64,000 nucleotides of DNA from Octopus vulgaris (lineage: Eukaryota), in the NCBI GenBank assembly GCA_951406725.2, contig OX597819.1, positions 134,664,001-134,728,000 of the forward strand, given 5' to 3'. The notes beneath the pieces were generated by a model. That model saw only the letters and a list, made by a program, of their open reading frames with translations, was not told where the DNA came from and made no database searches. Below, one piece after another: positions 1 to 12,130 of the stretch (positions are counted from its first letter, which is position 1; each line of letters starts with the position of its first letter). The position numbers and the translations under genes are program-made.

Positions 1-180
1 AAACTAATAATTCATTCTGTATTTTCATTTATTTACACCTTCGTTCGATCGCTGGAAAGCAGTAAAAAGTGGAAACTTATGCCTAACTTGTTTTGATAAA
101 TTAAAGGTATTTTAATCAAAACAAAAGGGGGAAACTTGCTAAATTTGACAAATCACTTAGAATTGGGAAGATTATTTATT

Positions 181-194
181 GTTTCCATGGCAAC
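181..194. promoter_or_regulatory. Candidate RFX X-box
   Basis: GTTTCCATGGCAAC matches the palindromic X-box consensus GTYNCC-AT-GGNAAC, in AT-rich non-repetitive sequence; no target gene identified. Confidence 0.35.
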
Positions 195-739
195 AGCAGT
201 CACTAATAATTATCATCTCGCACTTTTATCATTTCCATCTCACTAAAAATAACATTTATTTATGGTTTAAACATCGATGTTGTGAAGAAAACTTCTGTTT
301 TACCTTTTCTCGTTCAAAATAATTCTGTTTACAGAATTTTAGATATTTCGGGAATTCTGACCAACTATTAGTATAGTTTTGTTATTTTTACCATGTAATA
401 TTATAATAGAAAGGGTTTTACGATGCTGTTAAATCACGTATCTTCTCATCTATATTATATTACTTTGAATGCATCGTTATCACCATCAACTTTTCGTTTA
501 ATAAAGGTGTATATGTTTGAAAATCTTTGTAACTTGAAATCACAAGGAAAGATATATTCATTCACCTGTAAACATTAACGATTACAACACGAACATCAAA
601 TTGTCTTTCAGGTGTTGCCTTTTACATACACACATAATACATACATGCATACATACATACACACATACACTTTATACAAGAAACTTGTATGAATACCTGT
701 TTTGAGTTCTACTTTTCCTGTTTGCATCAGACGTGTGTT

Positions 740-1030
740 TGTGTACGATGGGCCTCACAGAGGCAATGGTAAGAGACCGGGACCTCTGGAGATCTGCTGT
801 AATTGAAAAGACCCGGCAAGTAAAGTGAGATCACAGTGTAGCCTGTACCAATGCCACATAAGCAGCCCATTTAAAAAGTATCTTTGAATCTTCAGGCGAC
901 ACACTGTGCTTAAGGAGACCTATTGAGTCAAGTAAATTAAAAAATCACAAACAAATCGAAAAAAAGCGCCCACTACATTCTCAGAGTGGATGGCGTTAGG
1001 AAGGGCATTTAGTATGAGAAATGATGATGA
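740..1030 (+). mobile_element. Degenerate RTE-like LINE 3' fragment
   Basis: Similar to the RT C-terminus/3' UTR of the element at 55773-57689 (gacc..gacctctggaga..tgctgt; ggcgttaggaagggca), followed by (GAT)n. Confidence 0.6.
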
Positions 1031-1063
<33 letters not shown>

Positions 1064-1080
1064 CATCATCATATATATAT

Positions 1081-4011
1081 GTTAAGTTAGTTAAGTTAAT
1101 TTTTTGGCTCAAAAAGCAAGGCCATGTAGGGGGACATGGAGTTATGTACAGGGAGGGTGTTCCTGCAAAGAGTTCAGGCCATTTCTGGTCAAGAGGGACT
1201 TTGAACTGAGCGGTCGTCGGCATCTTCACTATCTCGTCCGGCAGCTTATTCCACGGATCCGCAACCCGGACGGAGAAAGCCCCTCTCCTTCGATTGGGAT
1301 GAAATCGTCGCAGGTAGAGCTTTTTGGAGTGACCCCGCAGCCGACGCTCTGGAGCAGCAGTGAAGAACAGCTCTTTCAAGAAGTTACACTTTCCGCTTAT
1401 GATGTTGTGAGCAAGAATGTGATCACCATGGCATCATCGTTTTTCTAGAGAATAAAGGTCGAGCGTCTTCAGCCTTTCTTCATAAGACAAATGCTTGAGA
1501 CCAAGAACCATGCGGGTAGCCAGCTTCTGGACTCTTTCGAGATGATGTATGTCTTTGAGGAGATAAGGAGAAGAGGCTTGAATCCCGTACTCCAATATGG
1601 GTCTCACCAGCGTGACATAGAGCGGTAGGAATATGGCTGCTGTGAGCATTCCGAATGACCGTCGAATCAAAAACAGAACTCCGCGTGCGTTGTTGGCAGC
1701 ATGGACGCATTGGGCCGAAGGCGAAAAGGAAGAATCCACCAAGATACCCAGGTCCTTTACCTGGTTGGTTTTCTCCAGCAGCACACGACCCGGCTCGAAA
1801 TCAAGTTGAGTTGCAGGAGAGGAGCCAACAGGCAGATGACAGCACTTTGACACGTTCAGACACAGGTCCCATTCGTTTGACCATCTCCAAACTTGGTGGA
1901 GGCATCGATGAAGATCATCTATATCACTGCGAGGAGCGACCAGTTTGACATCGTCGGCAAATAGTAGGGTGTGTTGTGTGAGGTCGTCGGGCAAGTCATT
2001 GATGAAGACTAAAAATAATAACGGCCCAAGCACTGAACCTTGAGGTACGCCACTGCTCGCACTGGAGACGTCGGACAGCGAACCATTAACTTGGACTTGG
2101 AAGGAGCGATCTGAGAGGAAGGCACCAACCCATCGTACAATATCCGGATAGAAACGATATGCTTGAAGCTTGACAAGTAATAGGCAGTGGTTTACCGAGT
2201 CAAAGGCTTTGGCAAAGTCCAATAAAACGATGTCAACAGCATCACTATCATCCAGGATACGCGCCACCAATTCTTCCATTATCAGTAAGCTGGTCAAGCA
2301 TGATCTCTTCGGCACGAAGCCGTATTGGGAATCAGAGATAGAGGCTGTGTTTTGGAGGTGGAGCAACATACTTTTCTTGAAGATGGTTTCGAACATCTTG
2401 CTGATTATTGAAGTAAGGAAAACCGGTCGGTAGTTAAGCGGGTCTTCGTGGCTCCCTTTCTTGAAAATTGAGCTGATTATCGCTGTTCTCCAGTCCGCAG
2501 GTATAACACCCGTCACCAATGACATATTGAATAGACGTGTTAAAGGCTCGGAGATGACCGGAGCCAACGCTTTGATAACCCGTGGGTGTATGCCGTCAGG
2601 GCCGTGACCCTTGTTAATATCGAGGCCTTGAATAACGCGTTCGACTTCGTCACGAGTGATGACCAATCTAGGCATTGGAGGTACCGATCTATCAAATGGA
2701 GGGGGTTCACAACCATCATCTTGTTTGAAAATTGTTGAAAAAGCCTCGACAAATAACTGACTCTGCTGATAAGGGTCCTCAATCGATACGCCTGTTGAGT
2801 CCACCAACGTTGCAATTTGGTTGTTCAAGCGGGAATTCCGTTGGACATGGGCAAAGAAGGTTTTTGGATTGCGACTGGCATTTGCCGTGATTCTGTATTC
2901 ATATCTGAAGCGTTCTTTCTTTTCAATTTTCACGGCTTGGTCTCTTTGAGTTTTGTACACCTCAAAAACTGCAGTTGAATCTAGATTTTTGAATTCAGCC
3001 CAAGCAATATCTCTGAGTCAAAGTTCTCGTTTAACCTTCTTCGTCACCCAGGGCTTGTGTTTCTTCTTCTTGGGAAGCCCAACGGGAACTGCTTGGTCAG
3101 TCAATCAGATTACATATGCTTTGAGGGACGACCATAGTTCGTCAACTGAGGACATCGTCATCAGGGATCACCAGTCCAGAAGCACAGAAGCCTCAGTTAG
3201 AATTTCAAGATTGATTGCAGAGAAGACTCTACGTGGCAGCGAAGTAGTCATGGGCGTAGAAAAAGTTGTGTGCATGTCGAACTTCAGGACCGCCTGATCA
3301 CTCTTGGCAAGAGGGTGCACACAGATAAGCCTGACACTGATCTTGGATAGCGGGAGAATACCAGATCCAGCATAGATGACTGCTGCCCAGACTGATGCCT
3401 TGTCGGAGATTCAACATGTTGCGATAGAAAACAATCTTTAGCCACATCAAGAAGGGCCTGGCCGAACCGGGAAGATGATGTACAAATTGATGTGGGCCAG
3501 TCGATCGTGGGAGCGTTGAAGTCTCCTAATGTCAAACAGTCATGAGAAGATGAAACGAATCTTATCACTTCGAGTAAATGAGCATCGTCCTGGGGGTCGG
3601 CAAGAGGCGGCCTGTAGACAGCTAACACGGGCAGGCAAAACCCAGATAGGCTCAGCTTGTAATAGACGGCATCGAATTTTGTTGTAGGTTGAGCATTAGT
3701 GGGTAGAATACAGCTGGACAGTTTGAGATCAGATTTAACATACACAGCAACACCTCCACCTCGCCTTTTTTCTCTGTCACATCTGAAGAGGGCGTAACCC
3801 TGTAGGTGGATTTTCTGAGTCCTTTACTGCTGGAGTGAGCCAAGTCTCGGTGATAGCTATCACATCAGGGGAGTCACGTATGGCCAGTGTAAATAATTCG
3901 CTGAACTTTGGAAATAAGGAGCACAAGTTCGTATAGATGATGCTGAGCTGTGAAGTTTGAGGGGCGGGAGTTGGGGAACAAGCAGAATAAGGGGTATCAG
4001 AGACAGCATTG
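1081..4011 (-). mobile_element. CR1/L2-like non-LTR retrotransposon, ORF2 (APE endonuclease + RT), 5'-truncated, frameshifted
   Basis: ORF 1434-2960 has NYRP, DFAKAFDSV, SGVPQGSVLGP, FADD; APE motifs (ITETWL, LGDFNAP, LDLVF) at 3284-4000; (TAACT)-like tail at 1081-1100; TA-rich tracts on both sides. Confidence 0.92.
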
Positions 4012-4079
4012 TATGTATATGTATGTATATATATGTGTGTGTGTGTATATGCATGTATATATGTGTATATATACATATG

Positions 4080-4749
4080 TCTCCTTCCTTCTCCCCTTCC
4101 CCTCTCCTCCTCTTCTCTCCTTCCTTCTCCCCCTTCCCTCTCCTCCTTCCTCCCCTCTTTTCTTCTCCCCTTCTCCCCCTCCCCCCATCTCATCTCACTC
4201 TTACCCCTCCTTCTTTCCTTCTCCCCTCCCCCTTACTCTCACCTTTCCTCTTCTCCCTCCTCCCTCCCCCTCTTCCCCTCTCACCCTTCCCCCTAATCTC
4301 CCCCTCCTCCTCCACTTTCTCTCACTCTCCCCCTCATCTCCCCTCTCTACACTACACCATACGACATTACACATCACATCATACATACATACATACACAC
4401 GTCCAGACCTTTCATACGCACCACATACTCTCTCATACACACACACGCACCCTTATGTTGGGGCAAAGTCATTTGACCCTGTTATCTCCCCTATTTTCGC
4501 TCTTGCGTCTCACGTTTGGTCTCTGACTTCTGGCCAGAATCGCCATGTTGAATCGCTAGCTTCTGCACACATTTTTTTTTCTCTCCTTGTATCTCTCAGT
4601 GTTTCTTTTCTGTGTATCTTTCTGTTGAAGAGCGTAGGCTCGAAACGTAAAAGACCTGTTTTATTTATATTCCTGAGCGCCATACTAATACAATTGTTTG
4701 TTTGTACTCCACCTGCCTTCGTCTTTTGTTTATTTTCATAAAGCTTCCC

Positions 4750-4752
<3 letters not shown>
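4080..4752 (+). mobile_element. Putative Penelope-like element end / non-autonomous element with minimal hammerhead-like motif
   Basis: Pyrimidine-rich tract, then a hammerhead-like fold at 4617-4654, then a T-rich end into (TA)n. Confidence 0.5.
4617..4654 (+). ncRNA. Minimal hammerhead-ribozyme-like motif (CUGUUGA core variant)
   Basis: tcttt-CTGTTGA-a-GAGC gtag GCTC-GAAA-CG-TA-aaaga: stem I 5 bp, stem II 4 bp, loopless self-complementary ACGU stem III, GUA site; conserved A6 is U. Confidence 0.55.
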
Positions 4753-4792
<40 letters not shown>

Positions 4793-4802
4793 ACATATAT
4801 AA

Positions 4803-5510
4803 AAGTATGAGAATGGATGAGGGTAGCTGTGTGAAAAGGTGCCACACCCTAGCAGTTGAGAGAACCTATAGAAGAGGTAGACCCAGGAAGACCTGGGATG
4901 AGGTGATGAAGCACAACCTTTGAACATTAGGCCTCACTGAGACAATGACTAGTGACCGGGACCTTTGGAAATATGCTGTACTTGAGGAGACCCGGCCAGC
5001 CGAGGGAGACCATAACTTCATGGCCTATGCCAGGGGTATAACCAGCCCACTTATGCATACCTTTCCTTCATTGGACACTAAACTCTGCTTGCGAAGACCT
5101 GTTGAGGCTAGTAAAATCAACATCAAATTCGATGACCGGCATCCGTGCTAGTGGAGCGCTAAGAGTACCCTCTGAGCGTGATCGTTGCCAGACCAAGACA
5201 CTGGCTTCCGTGCCGGTGGCACATAAAAAGCACTGTTCGAGGGTGATCGTTACCTGCATCACTTTACTGGCATGTGAAAAAACATTTGAGTGAGGTTGTT
5301 GCCAGTGCTGCTGGACTGACTCCTGTGCTGGTGGCACATAAAAGCACCCACTACATTCTTGGAGTGGTTGGTGTTAGGAAGGGCATCCAGCTGTAGAAAC
5401 TCTGCCAGATCAGATTGGAGCCTGGTGCAGCCATCTGGTTCACCAGTCCTCAGTCAAATCATCCAGCCCATGCTAGCATGGAAAGCGGACGTTAAAAGAT
5501 GATGATAATG
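4803..5510 (+). mobile_element. RTE-like LINE 3' end (RT C-terminus, 3' UTR, (GAT)n tail)
   Basis: RRGRPRKTWDEV and DRDLWKYAV match the ORF end at 56397-56858; ends ggacgttaaa-(gat)n. Confidence 0.85.
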
Positions 5511-5626
5511 ATGTATATATATGTATATATATGCATACATGTATATATATATGTATATATACATATAAACATATATATATCATCATCATCATCACGGACG
5601 CTAAACGATGATGATGATGATGATGA

Positions 5627-5875
5627 TCATCATCATCATCATCATCATCATCGTTTAACGTCCGTTTTCCGCGCTAGCACGGGTTGGACGGTTTCGACCG
5701 GGGTCTGGGGAGCTAGGGACTGCCCCAGGCTCCAGTCTAGTCTGGCAGTGTTTCTACAGCTGGATGCCCTTCCTAACGCCAACCACTCCGCGAGTGTAGT
5801 GGGTGTTTTTTACGTGCCACCTACACAGGTGCCAGAGGGGTCTGGCATCGGCCACGTTCGGATGGTGCTTTTATG
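5627..5875 (-). mobile_element. RTE-family 3' end / RTE-mobilised SINE tail
   Basis: (CAT)n-cgtttaacgtccg...ggatgcccttcctaacgccaaccactcc...gtgccacc, the same module as 55773-56000. Confidence 0.8.
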
Positions 5876-6446
5876 TGGGGGGGGAAATATATAGGGGAGC
5901 ACCAGTGGGGAGGGGTGGTTCAGAGAAATGATGACAGGTTCTAGGCAAGTAGAACGTAGGATATCAAGAGAGGGGTAATGCATGGTGAAATAGCGTATTG
6001 AAGAGGGGGTTCGAAGAGTAGACACCTATAATGGTGGTGGGAGAAGCGACATCCGGTATAGATGGAGCAAAAATATAGAGATATCCGGTATTGGTGGTGG
6101 GGGTGGGCAAGGGCGGGTGCACCGGGAATATGCGAAGGTTGAACTGACGGGCTGGCTTAAAAATGCTCTTAGCAATGGAAGGGGGAATGGCAGACAACGT
6201 AAGAGAGAGAGAGAGAGAAAGAAGGGAACAGTGGAACCCCGCGAAAATGGGCCGCCATTGAAAAAAAAACCCCTGTATGGAGAAATAATATGCAATACGA
6301 GGCGAAGCTTCATATGAATTACTCTATAGAGTTGCAGTGTTGTGTGAGAGTGGCAATGCTGTATGGGCGTGAGACATGGTGTCTGGGGGAGAGACGGCAA
6401 TTTTGAGAAGGACCAAGGGAGCAATGGTGAGAGAGATGTGTGGAGT

Positions 6447-6729
6447 AAGTCGACCTTAGCGGAATTTGAACTCAGAACGTAACGGCAGATGAAATACCTA
6501 TTTCTTTACTACCCACGAGGCGCTATACACAGAGGAGACAAACAAGAACAGACAAACGGATTAAGTCGATTACATCGACCCCAGTGCATAACTGGTACTT
6601 AATTTATCGACCCCGAAAGGATGAGAGGCAAAGTCGACCTCGGCGGGATTTGAACTCACGACGTAACGGCAGACGAAATACAGCTACGCATTTCGTCCGG
6701 CATGCTAACGTTTCTGCCAGCTCGCCGCC
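6447..6729 (-). mobile_element. tRNA-derived SINE with partial duplication of its head at the 3' end
   Basis: Minus strand starts GGCGGCGAGCTGGCAGAAACGTTAGC (A box), B box GAGTTCAAATCC, central ...CATCCTTTCGGGGTCGATAAA..AAGTACCAG domain (Meta-like, from memory). Confidence 0.8.
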
Positions 6730-7012
6730 TTGAAGAAGAACCCATGGTTTCTGCAAGCTCTTTGGAACCAGCAAGATTGGTGTTGTTAACATATTCAGTA
6801 GAAACTATTGACAGTCAACACTGGCAGGAAGGAGAGCAAAGAAGGAGTTCCAGAAGACCAACATTCTGGGGAGGAAGGACTGGGTGTAGTGATTAGTGTG
6901 GGTTCCAAGTGGTTGGACAAAACATGGCTGAGGAGAAAAATCACAAGTGGTTCGGGAATGCCTATGAGGGAAGGGGCACAAGACCAGCCAGTTCCTAGGA
7001 TTATCATCATCA

Positions 7013-7520
7013 TCGGTGACATGTAAAAAGCACCATCCGAATCGTGGCCGAAGCCAGTGCCGCCTCGACTGGCTTCCGTGCAGGTGGCACGTAAAATGCA
7101 CCAATCCGACCGTGGCCGACGCCAGCCTTGCCTGGCTCCAGTGCAGGTGGCACGTAAAAAGCACCCACTACACTCACGGAGTGGTTGGCGTTAGGAAGGG
7201 CATCCACCTGTAGAGACATTGCCAGATAAGACCGGAGCCTAGAGCAGCCTTCTGGCTTCCCAGATCCCCGGTCGAACCGTCCAACCCATGCCAGCACGGA
7301 GAACGGACGTTAAACGACGATGATGATGATGATGATCACCATCATTTAACTTCCGTATTCCATACTGGCATGGGTTAGATGATTCAATAGGAACCAACAA
7401 GCCAAAGAACGGTGCCAAGCTCCAATGTCTGCTTTGGCATGGCTTCTACAACTGGGTGCCCCTCCTAATGCCAACCACTTCACAGGGTGTACTGGATACT
7501 TTTTTAAGTGGCACAGGCAC
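7013..7520. mobile_element. Two RTE-family 3' ends joined tail-to-tail
   Basis: + copy ends ggacgttaaacgac(gat)n at about 7335; a diverged - copy starts at cat-catttaacttccg. Confidence 0.7.
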
Positions 7521-7979
7521 TAGTGAGATCACCAAGTAACTCACATGACAAGACCCATCAACTGAATAAGGGTAGAGTATTGGTGTTAAGGGGTTAAAGC
7601 ATGATAGATGAACAGGAACAAGTGTCTTGTTGAAGAGGAGATACAGGAATTCTCCAGTTGGAAAGAAACAGAAAGAGATGGTGAGGGAAAACCCTCAAAG
7701 GACAAGGGGAATATAAGGGAGAGAATAGGGATGGTGAGTTTATGTGATGAGGCGGGTGGGGCAAATGATAAAAATCTTCCGGATGCTGGGGATTTTTCAC
7801 TAACCTCTCGAAGCTTTTGTTCAAGGTTTGGATTCTTTACTTTGGCTCGCAGGGTCGCTTCGGCTCCACTCATCGATTCTGACGGAATGTATATATATAT
7901 GTTTATATGTATATATGTGTATATGTATGTGTATGTATGTATATGTGTATATATATATGTGTGTGTATATGTGTATATA

Positions 7980-8021
<42 letters not shown>

Positions 8022-8022
<1 letters not shown>

Positions 8023-9059
8023 TAGCATTAAAGACCTGTCGTTGCCGGGTCATAGTGCTAGTGCATGTATATATGTGTATATATATATGTGTACATATTA
8101 CATGTACATCTATATATATACATCTACACATAAAATACAAATACAAAGTTATATCTTGATATCGCTAGTGATAACAATACTCAAAATATATAACAGAGTG
8201 GAATTGTTAGCCCGTCTCTTGTAATTTCGATCAATTGTATCTTGTCCTCTCTCTTGTATAGAAGTGTGGCTATAATCCAGCCTACTTCTACTTCAGGTGG
8301 CGGGGGGGGGGGGGGCATTAAAAATTTTTTTTCCTGGACGTCCGACGTCCCAGATATAAAGGTAAAAATAAAATATTTCCACTTTGCAAGTTCGAGTCGA
8401 GTACTCCCTTGCACGCTCCGTTGACTCGAACCTTGCTTCTATTGTGGCGAATTTACCGTCTCTGATTAGATACCTTTCATAGTCGCACCAAGACACTTTT
8501 CGAAGGTGCTTACCTCCATGTGTTCAAATCTTCTTTTTTCTCTACATTGTATACTTTATAGACAATAGTCTTTTCTTTAATTTTATTTTTTATTATCCAT
8601 CTGGACTATTCCATTTCTGCACGCTAATTTTATTTTTAATTTATTCCCATTCATGTGAAACCACTTATTCAAGTTCAAATCATTGATGCAATTTTATACC
8701 AATTGCTATTTTTACTTTTGTCATGTTACTTTAGTTTGATTTTAATTATTACTTACTACATATAATTCAATTGTTATTATTATTTTTATTGTTAAAGTGA
8801 AAGTATCTGACATAAAATAGAGAAACGTTTTTGTTTCACTTTTAACACGTAATACTGAAATAGTGGAGAAGATATGATTTTGCTATGGGCTCACTCTAGG
8901 CAAGAAGTTGAACTTTTTTTTGCCCATGAAACTACATGGACCCTAAGTAAGGCATGTGTAGAATTTGAATGGAATTGGTTGTGTAGTTCTCAAGTTTTAG
9001 GGAAACACACAGACAGACAGACAGACAGACACACATTCTCAGTTTTATATATATAAAGA
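8022..9059 (-). mobile_element. Non-autonomous Helitron-like element
   Basis: On the minus strand: A|TC 5' end, CTAG|T 3' end, subterminal GC hairpin (gacctgtc-gtt-gccgggtc, 8033-8051), (ACAG)n near the 5' end, inserted in (TA)n. Confidence 0.7.
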
Positions 9060-9069
9060 TATATATATA

Positions 9070-9203
9070 TCAAACTCTCTCATGCACCAAATGTCAATCG
9101 CTAAAATGCATTCGTGAAGTAAAATCATGTAGCAACACCGAATGGCAGTGCCCCAGCATGGCCACAGCTTGTGAGCTGAAATTTAATAAAATAAAATAAA
9201 AAA
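9070..9203 (+). mobile_element. 3'-terminal fragment of the CR1-like family seen at 53441 and 62968
   Basis: aactctctcatgcaccaaat...gccccagcatggccacagct..tgagctgaaa + (TAAAA)n, reverse complement of about 62990-63100. Confidence 0.8.
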
Positions 9204-9431
9204 AATATATATGTATATGCACATATATATGTATATATATGCACATATATATGTATGTATATGCACATATATATGTATGTATATGCACATATATATGTAT
9301 ATATATATATATGTATATGCACATATATATGTATGTATATGCACATATATATGTATATATATATATATGTATATGCACATATATATGTATATGTATATAT
9401 GTATATGCATATATATATATATATATATATA

Positions 9432-9812
9432 CTAGCAGTATCGCCCGGCGTTGCTCAGGTTTGTAAGGGAAATAACTATAAAGCATTTTTAGAGAGTTAT
9501 AGCCAAAAAATAGCAAAAAAATGGAAAAAAAGGATGGTAAATTTTTTTTAGTTAAAAAAGGTGGAGTTGCGTCCCCTAGACAGTTTGCGGTTTGTGTTTC
9601 TGATTCTCGACCCCATGTCGAATTTATCGATTCTTTTCAGAACTGGGGGAACTTTTCAAAATTTTCGCTGCGTTAGTTTTGAATTATGACATTGGGCTAT
9701 GTGTGTGTCAAGTTTCATCAGAATCGGTTGAAAGCCGTGGTCAGGGTGAGGGTACAAGCAAACAGACACACAGAAACACGCACAGACAAACTGCCGTTTA
9801 TATAGAGAGAGA
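9432..9812 (-). mobile_element. Second non-autonomous Helitron-like element
   Basis: a|ctag...cccggcgttgctcagg hairpin-like end; ACAG/ACAC repeats and ..gagaga|t at the other end; in (TA)n. Confidence 0.6.
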
Positions 9813-9880
9813 TATATATATGTGTGTGTGTGTGTATATATATATACATATATGTATATGTATGTGCATATATATATGTT

Positions 9881-10200
9881 ATCATCATCGTTTAGCGTCC
9901 GCTTTCCATGCTAGCATGGGTTGGACGGTTCAACTGGGGTCTGGGAAGCCAGAAGGATGTACCGGGCCCAGGCTGATCTGGCAATGTTTCTATGGCTGGA
10001 TGCCCTTCCTAACGCCAACCACTCTGTGAGTGTAGTGGGTGCTTTCTATGTGCCACCGGCACAGGTGCCAAACAAGGCTGGCAAACGGCCACGATCGGAT
10101 GGTGCTTTTTAAGTGCCACCGGCACAGGTGCCAGACAAGGCTGGCAAACGGCCACAATCGGATGGTGCTTTTTACGTGCCACCGGCATGGAGGCCAGTCA
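9881..10200 (-). mobile_element. RTE-family 3' end with ~60 bp internal tandem units
   Basis: Same module as 55773-56220. Confidence 0.8.
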
Positions 10201-10460
10201 GGGTATATATGTGTGTGTGTGTGTGTGTATTTAATTCATTTTTGCTCCCTTGTGCTAACGGAGTGTAATTTGAAGTGGTTTTTAGAGTCTATTAACATCT
10301 ATCTCTAGCATGAAGGTTTTGTTTTTCAGTACCCTTAATTATAATTATATCTATATAATTATATATTTATATTAACGTTTACCTATATGGTTTGTATTAC
10401 ATGATGCCCACTGATAAGATTATTAATTGATTTTTACTCTTAATTATGCCCTCAGCCATA

Positions 10461-11050
10461 GAGTTAGCCACAAAAGTATCGCAGGTGGTCAAAAACCCTA
10501 CTGACATCCTAAAACTGCAGAATTACCTGAATGCAATATATAAATGGGTAAATGAGAATAATATGCAGTTCATTGATGCAAAATATCAGCCCACAAACAA
10601 ACTACAGCTGAAGTACACAGGATCAGCAGGCAATGTAATCCCAGAGTTAGAGTTGGTTGTGCTACCAGGTAATCCACATGAACAATGATGCAACTTTCCA
10701 TGCGCACCTTGCTCAGATGGCAACATTATGCAGGCGGGTGGCAGGTTGTATCCTTCAGGACCAGGAACAATGCTTCTGCTTTGGAGAACCTTTGTCCTCA
10801 GTCATCTGGACTTCTGCTCCCAACCGTGGTCCCCCACAGTGTGTTAAACTAATTGCAGAACTAGAGGTGACCCAATGCCAGTACACAAAGAAGATAGACT
10901 CAGTAGAGCACATGGGCTACTGGGAAAGGTTGAAGGAACTGGGACTCTACTCCCTGGTGAGGAGACGTGAGAGATATGCAGTGCTATACATATGGAAAAT
11001 AATGGAGGGGTCTAGCTCCAAATTTCGAAATCAAAACTTACAACAATCCC
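10461..11050 (+). mobile_element. Degenerate CR1-like RT C-terminal fragment
   Basis: ATFHAHLAQM, YWERLKELGLYSLVRRRERY are homologous to the 53528-54954 ORF; frameshifted. Confidence 0.8.
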
Positions 11051-11291
11051 TAAACAGTTTCTTTATATTTCTACTATAAGCCTAATGCAGAAGATCCAAC
11101 GTCATACCATTGCACCGTTCACAACATAGTAAATAACTCCTATGGCTACTACATTGGATCTACCACAAATTTTAAACAAAGATATTATGCACATTTAAAC
11201 TCGTTTAAATATAAAGAGAATAGCCATTCCACATCACTAGCCAGCCAGATACACCATCTAATTAATAGAAAAATACAATATAACTTTTCCT

Positions 11292-11344
11292 GGGCTTCTT
11301 TTAAGTAGAGTCCACAAATGGAGGACTCTACTTAAAAGAAGCCC
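11292..11344. repeat. Perfect 22-bp inverted repeat with 9-nt spacer
   Basis: gggcttcttttaagtagagtcc / ggactctacttaaaagaagccc; duplicate at 23877-23929. Confidence 0.9.
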
Positions 11345-12012
11345 TCAAAGTTTCAACCCCTAACTTACCACAATTGCTTAAATACAACGAAGCCTTCACT
11401 ACATGTAAGCACAAATTCTGCACTTTTAAGTTCTTTCATAAATGTAATCCCCCCCTCCATGATCATTAGCACCTGCCCTTCTATATTTCTTCTACCTCTT
11501 CTTCTATCTACCTTTCCTCATCAAGGAACCATGAGGTTGGAAAGTAAGCTTCTTACCACGCAGCCACGCCTGCGATGTGGCTACACATTGTCTGAACCAC
11601 AATACATTCCAGTAAATATTAATAAGTCCTTACCAACTTTGTAGCAGTAACATTTGATGGTGGCTGCCATTATTACCATAAAGAGTCAATCCATTGTTTT
11701 ATTTCTTTATCAGAAAACAGCATCAATCACTCTTCTCTCTCTCTCTCTCTCTCTCTCTCACACCCAAATATATATAGTGACTGTTTCTTCGTGTACGAGT
11801 AAAGTCATTGCTAGAGAGAGTCATTGATAAATACAATGTGAGGCCCTTATATGACTCTTGAGCCCTGCCAAAGATTTGCACATTCTATTGCATAATGCAC
11901 AGCTGTGCTGGCTCGCAGAAGGAACCGCTGCTACAGTATGAAGTCTTTTTAATCCTCCACATATTCTGTTGTGAACAGTAGCCTTATCACAATTCACAAG
12001 GTGTTGATTTCT

Positions 12013-12130
12013 GGGTCCTACTTAAATACAGGTCCCCACACATCTACGTAACACTAAACCTAACGAGTGCGCACCGTAAAAAACTAATCGTTACGTAGAT
12101 GCATCGGGACCTCTGTATTTTAGGAGTGCC
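12013..12130. mobile_element. Small MITE-like element with imperfect terminal inverted repeats
   Basis: taaatacaggtccc..catctacgtaac / gttacgtagatg..gggacctctgtatttta; duplicate at about 24600-24718. Confidence 0.45.

Noticed and set aside
304-565. Possible minus-strand exons (565-464 VNEYIFPCDFK..; about 365-304 WSEFPKYLKF..)
   Set aside because: Splice phases are incompatible and no recognisable domain; needs RNA evidence
3950-4741. Pro/Leu/Ser-rich ORFs of 190-260 aa
   Set aside because: Derived from a CT-rich low-complexity tract; frames differ between the two duplicate copies
6650-6729. tRNA gene
   Set aside because: A/B boxes continue into a SINE body; no complete cloverleaf
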